From the NCBI GenBank assembly GCA_026396615.1, contig JAPLWK010000010.1, forward strand, positions 133,916 through 197,915: DNA of 64,000 nucleotides, read 5' to 3'. A program made the translations under genes and the position numbers. This stretch comes from a candidate division WWE3 bacterium (lineage in GTDB: Bacteria; Patescibacteriota; WWE3; JAPLWK01). This document shows, one piece after another, positions 40,096 to 47,767 of this stretch. The notes beneath the pieces are model-generated. The model was not told the origin of the DNA and ran no database searches. It saw nothing but the letters and a program-made list of their open reading frames with translations. Each line of letters begins with the position of its first letter. Positions within the stretch are counted from its first letter, which is position 1.

Positions 40096-40539
40096 ATGCG
40101 GGCCAGTCAACCGGACGCGGCTCTTTACTATCTCGCTCGCATGATTGATGCCGGGGAGGACCCGCTCTTCATTGCGCGGCGCATGGTCGTTTTTGCTTCG
40201 GAAGATATCGGAATGGCTAATTCGGCCGCTTTAAGTGTCGCCAACGCTGTCTTTAGGGCTTGCGAAGTTATTGGCTACCCGGAATGTCGCGAAAATCTAG
40301 CGCACGGTGTGGTTTATTTGTCATGCGCCACTAAAGATCGAGGTGCCTATGATGCTTATATGAAAGCTCTTGTGGACGTTAAAGAATTTGGTAATTTGCC
40401 AATTCCGCTGTCCGTTCGCAACGCCCCCACGCAGCTAATGAAAGATCTGGATTACGGCAAAGGCTACCAAGCTTATACTAATAAGTCGTATTTGCCGGAA
40501 AAAATAAACGATCGTCACTACTACCAAAAACCTGTTTAA
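40096..40539 (+). pseudogene. rarA: Displaced original 3' end of rarA (remnant, attR side)
   Basis: The 147 aa align residue-for-residue with the rarA C-terminus (MRAS…DAALYYLARM…DAGEDPLFIARRMVVFASEDIGMAN…). There is no 5' part. Confidence 0.7.
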
Positions 40540-41267
40540 GCGCCACGAGTGAGGTAAATAATTCCAATTCCAAGTAGAAATAATAAAAATGAAGAGACAA
40601 TATTAAGACGTGAATTATCGGTTCTAACTTCCGGGATTAAGTCTGCCGCGGCAATGTAAATAAAACCACCGGCAGCAATTGGTAAAAGATACGCAATGAT
40701 TAATGGTGACGACTGACCTAAAAAGTAGCCGCAAATTCCCCCTAAAATTGCGATCATAGAAATCCCAAAATTAGCAAGAACGGCTTTTTTACGGCCGAAG
40801 CCGGCGTGTAAAAATACTCCCACATCACCAATTTCTTTGGGAATTTCGTGAAAAATGACGGCGGTACTAATAGTGACGCCAAGGGCCGGACTTGTTATAA
40901 AAGCGGCGGCCACAATTAAGCCATCTATAAAATTGTGAACCGCTTCGCCAATTAGATTTAGAGTGCCAAAATGCTTATGGGCATCTTCCGCTTCGTTGCA
41001 GTGATGCCAGTGCAGGACTTTCTCCAGGAGTAAAAAACAGACGAATGACGCTAGAGTAACTTCAAACAAGGTCGTCACGGGAAGTCTGGCCGCCCCCTCT
41101 GGTAGCAGATCCAAAAAAGCTCCACCCATTAAAGTTCCGGCGGCTAAAGAAACTAACGAGAGTAATATTTTTGAGAGGATTTTTTGATTTATAACTAGCG
41201 TCAGCGCTCCCAGTAAGGACCCAAAACCAACGATTGATAAAGCGATAATAATATAGAAGAGTGTCAC
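40536..41267 (-). CDS. ZIP-family metal transporter (ZupT-like)
   Basis: HNFIDGLIVAAAF and HEIPKEIGDVGVFLHAGF motifs. 8 TM helices. Confidence 0.7.
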   Translation of the reverse strand: MTLFYIIIALSIVGFGSLLGALTLVINQKILSKILLSLVSLAAGTLMGGAFLDLLPEGAARLPVTTLFEVTLASFVCFLLLEKVLHWHHCNEAEDAHKHFGTLNLIGEAVHNFIDGLIVAAAFITSPALGVTISTAVIFHEIPKEIGDVGVFLHAGFGRKKAVLANFGISMIAILGGICGYFLGQSSPLIIAYLLPIAAGGFIYIAAADLIPEVRTDNSRLNIVSSFLLFLLGIGIIYLTRGA

Positions 41268-41283
41268 GAGGCCATTTTACACT

Positions 41284-41715
41284 TTAAACGATGTTTCGAC
41301 CATCGTATTCTTTAAACCAGCTATCAATTGGGTTTTGATCTTCAGGGAAACCGTTGTAGTTTACCAATATCTCTGATTCTTTTGCGATATCTGTAACCGC
41401 GACATAAACCAAAAGTTCGTTAGTGTAATCAAAAACATATTCTGCGTTAGGTTGATAGGAGTGGTTGTATAGCATGGCGTAACCAAGAGGCAGGCACCAG
41501 TTGTTATCGTCCCAATCGTAATAATAATTGTCGATGATGTTTCCAGACGGTCGAGATTCAAGCTTCTTTCTTTCATCTTCGTATTTAATAAGTATCAAAG
41601 GACATTTTTCTATAACTTCACCCTTTTTAATATCACTGGACGCAAACATTCCTCGGCACTTTAAAGTTTCCGACCAACCAACATAAACCGGCCATTTGGG
41701 GTAAATACTATTCAT
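41284..41715 (-). CDS. SET-domain protein (putative protein-lysine methyltransferase)
   Basis: GRGMFASSDIKKGEVI…, NHSYQPNAEY (NHSCxPN-like) and …ELLVYVAVTDIAKESEILVNY post-SET-like tail. 143 aa. Confidence 0.6.
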   Translation of the reverse strand: MNSIYPKWPVYVGWSETLKCRGMFASSDIKKGEVIEKCPLILIKYEDERKKLESRPSGNIIDNYYYDWDDNNWCLPLGYAMLYNHSYQPNAEYVFDYTNELLVYVAVTDIAKESEILVNYNGFPEDQNPIDSWFKEYDGRNIV

Positions 41716-41908
41716 AAATCATGTGCTCAAACCACCGCTCTTGAAATTTCACCGCTTTTTCAATCTCCTCATTTTGCATTGTAGTTCCTTCTACAGTCTT
41801 CCCAAGAAATGTTTTTGCAAGCTTTAAGGATTCAGATTCATTCATATTAAAATAAAACTCCTCTTTCGTAATGTAAAAATTTACTAAACTAGTGGAATTA
41901 TATAACAA
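41708..41908 (-). CDS. Hypothetical small protein overlapping the SET gene start
   Basis: 66 aa with an 8-nt overlap. Weak coding call. Confidence 0.3.
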   Translation of the reverse strand: MLYNSTSLVNFYITKEEFYFNMNESESLKLAKTFLGKTVEGTTMQNEEIEKAVKFQERWFEHMIYE

Positions 41909-41970
41909 ATGATTGGTATTTAAAGGGTTTTATAACTATGTTTCAAACTAGCTTTCGAAAGTAATTTATC

Positions 41971-42045
41971 TGGCTGGGGAGCTTGGAGTCGAACCAAGAA
42001 TACCCACCTCCAAAGGGTGGTGTCCTACCATTAGACGACTCCCCA
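41971..42045 (-). tRNA. tRNA-Gln (anticodon UUG)
   Basis: Reverse complement is TGGGGAGTCGTCTAATGGTAGGACACCACCCTTTGGAGGTGG…CTTGGTTCGACTCCAAGCTCCCCAGCCA. Anticodon loop CTTTGGA. Confidence 0.8.
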
Positions 42046-42091
42046 AAACGTCGCCGCATGTGCATTATACCCATTTAAATCTAATTCCGCT

Positions 42092-42120
42092 TTGACATTC
42101 GTACTTTATTCGGTAATATT
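42092..42120 (+). promoter_or_regulatory. Promoter/operator of the dinB operon: TTGACA directly followed by TTCGTActtta-TTCGGTAatat
   Basis: Same 11-bp-period TTCGTA direct repeat as at lexA, in the same position relative to the -35 box. Confidence 0.4.
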
Positions 42121-42125
42121 AAAAC

Positions 42126-42386
42126 ATGAATCAACGTCTTAGTTTACCGGTTTCGGTAATTTCTATTTTCGATCATAAGACGCGTTTAGTAAAGCCGTTG
42201 CGGGTTTTATTTGAGGGTAGGGCTTATGAAATCGTAAAAATTGGTTATCACCACACCTACCGAACAGGCCGCGTCCTTTACCATATCTTCTCTGTCGCCA
42301 GCGATAATTTATTCTTTAGATTAAATTTAGATACCGAAAGTCTTTTTTGGACTTTGGAGGAAGTGAGCGATGGAGAATCCAATTAA
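42126..42386 (+). CDS. Hypothetical protein co-transcribed with dinB
   Basis: 86 aa. Overlaps the dinB start by 17 nt. Unknown family. Confidence 0.4.
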   Translation: MNQRLSLPVSVISIFDHKTRLVKPLRVLFEGRAYEIVKIGYHHTYRTGRVLYHIFSVASDNLFFRLNLDTESLFWTLEEVSDGESN

Positions 42387-43616
42387 TTTGCCTTTTAATC
42401 CAAATGATCCCACGATATTACATCTGGATTTAAATTCCTGTTTTGCTTCTATTGAGCAGCAGGCCAACCCTTTATTACGCGGTCGTCCGGTGGCTGTAGC
42501 CGCCTATGTGTCGCCGCGTGGCTGTATCCTCGCCGCTTCTTATGAAGCAAAAAAACTGGGGGTAAAAACCGGAATGCGCGTTCAGGACGGCAAAATGCTC
42601 TGCAAAGATTTAGTGGTACTGCCGCCGGACGCCAATAAATATCGGGCTGTCCATTTAAAGATGCGGCAGCTTTTAAACTCTTACACTAATTTAGTGACCC
42701 CAAAGTCAATCGATGAGTTTGTATTAGATTTGGCCGGATCACCATCTTTAAAGCTGGGAATGGCGGAGACGGCTTTGAATATTAAACGTCGTATTAAAGA
42801 GGAAGTAGGGGATTACTTGCGGGTTTCTGTTGGAATTGCTCCCAATCGGTATTTGGCTAAAGTGGCTTCTTCCTACCAAAAGCCCGACGGTTTAACGGTT
42901 ATAAACAACTCTAACTATGCCGCCATTTACGATTCCCTTAAGCTTACTGATTTATGCGGTATTAAAGAGGCGAATGCGGCCAGACTTAACGAAGGTGGTG
43001 TGTATACCGTCACCCAAATGTATGCAGCTTCCGCGGCGACTCTAAAGTTAGCCTTTCATTCTGTTTGCGGCTACCAGTGGTATTTGCGTCTGCATGGCTA
43101 CGAAATTGATGACGTTCTTTTTGCCCGTAGTAGTTACGGCAACTCTTATGCGCTTCCCGATAAGCGGGACTGTCGCGGGTGCTCCTCAAGTTAGTTGAAA
43201 AGACGGGCTCTCGGATGCGATCTGCCGGTTATAAAGCGCGAGGTGTTCACGTTGGTCTTTTATATAGAGATGGCAGTTATTGGCACCACGGTCAAGTAAC
43301 GCACTCTTTGCTTTTTGATTCTCGCGATATTTACAAGGAAGCTCTTCATATTTTACGGCATTCGCCTTGCGTAAAAGCGGTCCATAATTTAGCGGTATCC
43401 TGTTTTAATCTAGAAAAAGAAACCAATCAGCAATTATCACTAGTTGAAAATTTGGATCGTAAAGAACGGCTGGTCTCAGCGATGGATGCGATTAATAAAC
43501 GCTACGGTAGCTTTGTGATTACTCCGGCTTTGATGCTGGGAACCGAAAAAAACGTTCCCGACCGGGTGGCGTTTGGTGGGATCAAAGAGTTAGAGGAGGT
43601 ATTAATTGATCGTTGA
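42370..43616 (+). pseudogene. dinB: DNA polymerase IV (Y-family) split by a -1 frameshift near 43165-43180
   Basis: ORF 42370-43194 carries palm/fingers/thumb (…ILHLDLNSCFASIEQQ…). ORF 43179-43616 (GTG start) carries the little-finger domain. Together they reach ~415 aa. Confidence 0.65.
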
Positions 43617-43641
43617 GGACGGGGCATGCCCCGTCCTCAAC
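43612..43641. repeat. Perfect 30-bp palindrome GTTGAGGACGGGGCATGCCCCGTCCTCAAC starting at the dinB stop codon
   Basis: Read directly. Followed by a TATAAT -10-like box and the dus start. A near-copy lies at 51806-51838. Confidence 0.6.
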
Positions 43642-43666
43642 CGATATAATGTACAATACAACTTTA

Positions 43667-44617
43667 ATGACTAATTTCTGGCAAAGACTTCCCAAACCTT
43701 TCACAGTTCTCGCCCCTATGGATGGGGTGACTGACGTGGCCTTTCGGGAAGTCTTATTCCGGGCAGCAAGGCCGGACGTTTTCTTTACTGAATTTACCAG
43801 CTCCGAAGGTCTGCTTTCTCGCGGTCGTGAGCGACTGCTGCGTAACTTCGTTTTTAACAAGGCGGAACATCCGATCGTGGCTCAGATCTGGGGCAGTACA
43901 CCGGCCGCCTTTACTGAAGCCGCGCGAACGGTCAAAGATCTAGGCTTTGATGGGGTTGACATCAACATGGGATGTCCAGTGCGGGGCGTAATTGCGCATC
44001 ATAGCTGTTCCTACCTCATCACTGACGAAAAATTAACAGCCGATATCGTTGCGGCGACCAAAGAAGGAGCTGGCGATATGCCAGTTAGCGTTAAAACTAG
44101 AATCGGTTTTAATAAAATTGACACTGAACGCTGGTTTAGCTTTCTGCTTGGTCAGAATTTAGCCGCTATTACGGTGCATGGCCGGGTCGCTTCGCAGCTT
44201 TCTAAATATCCGGCTAATTGGGAAGAAATAGGTAAAGTGGCTAAACTTCGTGACGAGTTAAGTCTCAGCACTATTATAGTGGGTAATGGTGACGTTAAAA
44301 GTTACGCTGATGTGGTCAAGCGGTCAGAAGAGACAGGGGTTGACGGCGTTATGATTGGTAGGGGAGTGTTTGAGAATTTGTGGTGTTTTGAGAAGCCTCT
44401 TGATTCGGTCGAACACACTGAAGGCGAGAAGATCGAAATGTTTAGATATCACATTGCAAATTATCAAGAATATTTTGGAGAGACCCGTGATTTTAATATG
44501 CTCAAGAAATTCACCAAAGTCTATATAAACGGCTTCCCGGGTGCTTCAGAATTAAGGCAAAAACTGATGGAAACTCAATCATTAGCAGAATTAACAGAGA
44601 TTTTAAGGAAAGCTTAA
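43667..44617 (+). CDS. dus: tRNA-dihydrouridine synthase
   Basis: …VLAPMDGVTDVAFRE…, the Dus active-site Cys region (…INMGCPV…) and FMN-binding TIM barrel. Internal ATG of the 43613 track ORF. Confidence 0.7.
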   Translation: MTNFWQRLPKPFTVLAPMDGVTDVAFREVLFRAARPDVFFTEFTSSEGLLSRGRERLLRNFVFNKAEHPIVAQIWGSTPAAFTEAARTVKDLGFDGVDINMGCPVRGVIAHHSCSYLITDEKLTADIVAATKEGAGDMPVSVKTRIGFNKIDTERWFSFLLGQNLAAITVHGRVASQLSKYPANWEEIGKVAKLRDELSLSTIIVGNGDVKSYADVVKRSEETGVDGVMIGRGVFENLWCFEKPLDSVEHTEGEKIEMFRYHIANYQEYFGETRDFNMLKKFTKVYINGFPGASELRQKLMETQSLAELTEILRKA

Positions 44618-44778
44618 TCTTTTATATATACATGAATATAACGTGCGTTTAGTGGTAATGGTCCGTGGTTTGTACAATTTAACAATTTTTGCATAGTTTT
44701 AGCTGTTTATTGCGTAGATTTGGACAATATAGTATAAATATTAAAATATGAAGCTAGAACTTTGGAAATTTGGAAATA

Positions 44779-44934
44779 GTGCTTGATTTCCAGGGGGTAA
44801 TAACTCTTACACCGTCATGGGCGGACGAGTTTTTGACTAAATTAGGAGAACGTTACGGAGACAGAGTCCATCTTATAAACACTAAGAATCCGTCTATTGA
44901 AGCGACTTTAAGCCTATTAAAAAGGCTGGGCTAG
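44779..44934 (+). CDS. Small ORF resembling the C-terminal half of STAS-like/DUF4325 proteins (possible fragment)
   Basis: VLDFQGVITLTPSWADEFLTKLGERYGDRVHLINTKNPSIEATLSLLKRLG. Not in the ORF track. Alternative TTG start at 44770. The family assignment is from memory and tentative. Confidence 0.2.
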   Translation: MLDFQGVITLTPSWADEFLTKLGERYGDRVHLINTKNPSIEATLSLLKRLG

Positions 44935-44970
44935 AATCTTGGTAGTGAGTAGTATATAATATAGACACAT

Positions 44971-45732
44971 ATGAATATAATTGAAGTAACTGATTTAGTT
45001 AAAACTTATAAAAAATCGACTACAAATGCCGTTGATCACATTTCTTTTAACGTCGCGGAAGGGGAGTTCTTTTCTTTTTTGGGCCCTAATGGCGCTGGTA
45101 AAACGACTACAATTTCCATTCTAACCACAATCTTGGCTATGACCTCAGGTTCCGTTAAAATATCCGGTCACGACATCGATAAAGACGCTTCGTTTGTACG
45201 GTCGCAAATCGGAGTGATCTTCCAAAAACCCAGTCTTGACTTGAATTTAACCGGTGAAGAAAACATTCGCTTTCATACGATTCTTTATAAAATGTACTCT
45301 TTTCGTCCTTCGTTTAAGCTAATGCCAAAAGAATATCAGGATAAAGTTTTAGAATTGTCGGAACTGATGGGCTTAAAATCGGAAATATTTAAACCGGTAA
45401 AAACCTTTTCTGGAGGCATGAAGCGAAAACTGGAAATTATGCGGACTTTGATGCATAAGCCAAAAGTATTATTTTTAGACGAGCCTACAAGCGGTCTTGA
45501 CCCTTTGAGTCGTCGCAATCTTTGGGAATATTTAAAGGATGTTCGTAAAAAAGAAAACATGACGATCTTTTTAACTACTCACTATTTAGAAGAAGCGGAG
45601 GACTCTGATCGAGTGGCGATAATTAATCATGGAAAAATTGTTATGAACGACAGTACCAAAAACATTTTGCTCGATAACACACAATCTTTGGAAGATGTGT
45701 ATTTGGATATAATAAAGGAGAATGATGCATGA
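44971..45732 (+). CDS. ABC transporter ATP-binding protein (ABC-2 type)
   Basis: Walker A GPNGAGKTT, signature SGGMKRKL, Walker B LFLDEPT. Confidence 0.8.
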   Translation: MNIIEVTDLVKTYKKSTTNAVDHISFNVAEGEFFSFLGPNGAGKTTTISILTTILAMTSGSVKISGHDIDKDASFVRSQIGVIFQKPSLDLNLTGEENIRFHTILYKMYSFRPSFKLMPKEYQDKVLELSELMGLKSEIFKPVKTFSGGMKRKLEIMRTLMHKPKVLFLDEPTSGLDPLSRRNLWEYLKDVRKKENMTIFLTTHYLEEAEDSDRVAIINHGKIVMNDSTKNILLDNTQSLEDVYLDIIKENDA

Positions 45733-46504
45733 ATTAAGCCCAATTTTAGTAATCGCTTATCGTGATTTAATGAAGTTTCTACGCGATCGGCAACGAATCG
45801 TGTTTTCTTTAGTTTTTCCTTTGGTCTTTATTGCGGTTCTTGGTGGCAGTATTAACTCAAATCTTGCTCAAAACGTTGGTTATAATTATTTAACCTTTAT
45901 TTTCATTGGAGTGATCGCTCAAACTTTGTTCCAGACCACCGCTTCCGGTGTCATCTCACTAATAGAAGATCGGGAAAATGATTTTAGTCAGGAAATTTTC
46001 GTCTCCCCAATTTCTCGCTACTCTATTATCATCGGCAAAATCTTAGGAGAATCACTCGTCGCCATGGTTCAACTCATCGGAATTTTCGCAATCGGTTTTA
46101 TAATTCGAGTACCACTACAGATGTCGCATTTAATACTGCTGATACCGTTTAGCTTATTAGTATGCCTCTTTGGCGGGGCCTTTGGGATTTTAATTTTATC
46201 TAATTTAGGTAGTCAGCGCTCAGCTAATCAGATTTTTCCTTTTATAATGTTCCCGCAATTTTTCCTGGCCGGTGTTTTTACGCCTATTAAAACTTTACCA
46301 ATCTACCTGTTAATTTTGTCACGCATTGCCCCAATGACTTACGCCGTTGACCTCCTGCGCAGCATTTACTATTCAGGGCTCCCGGAAATTAATAAAGTGG
46401 TGTTGCACCCTTTTATTCTTAATTTGGGGGTTATCCTGGCTTTTACAGTTATCTTCATTTCGATCGGTACTTTCTTGTTTGTAAAAAACGAAAAGAATAG
46501 ATAA
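45722..46504 (+). CDS. ABC-2 family permease
   Basis: Six TM helices. Overlaps the ATPase gene by 11 nt. Confidence 0.6.
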   Translation: MMHELSPILVIAYRDLMKFLRDRQRIVFSLVFPLVFIAVLGGSINSNLAQNVGYNYLTFIFIGVIAQTLFQTTASGVISLIEDRENDFSQEIFVSPISRYSIIIGKILGESLVAMVQLIGIFAIGFIIRVPLQMSHLILLIPFSLLVCLFGGAFGILILSNLGSQRSANQIFPFIMFPQFFLAGVFTPIKTLPIYLLILSRIAPMTYAVDLLRSIYYSGLPEINKVVLHPFILNLGVILAFTVIFISIGTFLFVKNEKNR

Positions 46505-46549
46505 TAATCTATCAGCTAAATTTCAGCGTAGTCTCATATATTAAATTAT

Positions 46550-47023
46550 ATGAAAAAAATACTCCTATCTGTCGTCGTCGTCTCCGCCTTTATTTTTTAT
46601 AGCTTAACTCAACAGGGAAACTCCGCGACTGTTCCTGTCATCGCTACTGTTCCTACTACAACACCGCAAGCACCAGTGATGGCCCCGCCAACTACGCCTG
46701 CAGTGATTGCACCACCAGCCAGGCCGCCAATGATGTCTAAATATAAAGATGGCACTTTTATCGGTTCCGTGGCCGATGCTTACTACGGTAATATTCAGGT
46801 GGCAGCAGTAATTAAAAACGGTAAGTTAACCGCGGTCAATTTTTTGCAGTATCCCAGTGATCGTTCCCGCTCGATCGAAATTAATAAACACGCGATGCCG
46901 CTACTATCGCAAGAAGCAATTAGCGCTCAAAGTAATCAGGTTGATGGCGTTTCCGGAGCCTCTGATTCCAGTGCCGCCTTTGTGCAATCCCTTGGCGATG
47001 CATTAGCATCCGCCTTAAATTAA
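46550..47023 (+). CDS. FMN-binding domain protein with flavinylation-type motif
   Basis: Signal peptide, Pro-rich linker, FMN_bind-like core. A D-x-x-SGAS motif (DGVSGASDSS) resembles the ApbE target sequence [S/T]GA[S/T]. Confidence 0.55.
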   Translation: MKKILLSVVVVSAFIFYSLTQQGNSATVPVIATVPTTTPQAPVMAPPTTPAVIAPPARPPMMSKYKDGTFIGSVADAYYGNIQVAAVIKNGKLTAVNFLQYPSDRSRSIEINKHAMPLLSQEAISAQSNQVDGVSGASDSSAAFVQSLGDALASALN

Positions 47024-47026
47024 TTT

Positions 47027-47767
47027 ATGCAGGAAAAACGTGTCATGTGGGACATGCCAATCACTGTTGAAGTCTTGGACACTAGGGTTGGCCTTCACGA
47101 TCTAAATAAAGTTTACGACTATTTTAAATATGTTGACGACACCTTTAGCACATTTAATAAAAATAGTGAGATTGAGCGGATTAATCGCGGAGAATTAAGT
47201 CTGGCCGACGCGTCACGCGATGTCAAAGAAGTTTTAAAACTATGCGACCAAACAAAAGAGGATTCACACGGATATTATGATATCAATCGCAGCGGTCGCC
47301 TAGAACCTTTAGGACTAGTTAAAGGCTGGGCTATATTTAAGGCGTCACAGATTCTTGACGGGCTGGGCTTTACTAATTATTACGTCGAAGCCGGCGGCGA
47401 CATTCAAGTCAAAGGGCCGGGGCATCAATGCGACGGTTGGCATATTGGAATTCGCAATCCGTTTAAGCATCAAGAAATAGTAAAAACTGTTAAATTAATA
47501 GAAGGTGGTGTGGCTACCTCTGGCACGTCGGCTCGCGGTCAACACATCTATAATCCATTTAAACCCGGTCAGCCAATTCTGGAAATCGCTAGCCTAACGG
47601 TCATTGGACCAAATATTTACGAGGCGGATCGAATGGCGACGCCAGCTTTTGCGATGGGCACAGAGGGCATTAATTTTATTGAGGCTCTGCCAGGTCTGGA
47701 AGGCTATTTGATAGATAAAGACGGCCTTGCTACATATACCAGTGGTTTTACTAATTATGTGGTCTAA
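47027..47767 (+). CDS. apbE: FAD:protein FMN transferase (ApbE family)
   Basis: …PLGLVKGWAIFKA… (DLGGIAKGYA-like) and metal/FAD-binding residues. 246 aa. No signal peptide was seen. Confidence 0.65.
   Translation: MQEKRVMWDMPITVEVLDTRVGLHDLNKVYDYFKYVDDTFSTFNKNSEIERINRGELSLADASRDVKEVLKLCDQTKEDSHGYYDINRSGRLEPLGLVKGWAIFKASQILDGLGFTNYYVEAGGDIQVKGPGHQCDGWHIGIRNPFKHQEIVKTVKLIEGGVATSGTSARGQHIYNPFKPGQPILEIASLTVIGPNIYEADRMATPAFAMGTEGINFIEALPGLEGYLIDKDGLATYTSGFTNYVV

Larger units (their letters stand above)
31012..40098 (+). mobile_element. ~9.1 kb integrative element inserted into the rarA 3' end (serine-recombinase type)
   Basis: The element-borne rarA 3' copy (31012-31476) and the displaced host 3' remnant (40096-40539) encode near-identical peptides with divergent nucleotides. 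Homology starts at ATTAA(G/A)AGTATG on both sides (about 31012 and about 40087). A large serine recombinase sits at the right end. Confidence 0.6.

Noticed and set aside
31012-40098. Prophage interpretation of the inserted element
   Set aside because: There are no terminase, portal, capsid, tail or lysis genes. Integrase plus regulator plus cargo fits an integrative island or mobilisable element better.
40096-40539. Independent short RarA-like gene
   Set aside because: It aligns colinearly with only the C-terminal third of the intact rarA at 30328-31476 and lacks the AAA+ domain. It fits best as the displaced att-site remnant.
43582-43860. Minus-strand 92-aa ORF, and its twin at 51677-51859, sharing the peptide EDGACPV
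   Set aside because: The shared peptide is produced by translating through the GTTGAGG…CCTCAAC palindromic repeat. Both overlap better-supported features (the dinB end and dus start; the TrmB end and palindrome cluster).
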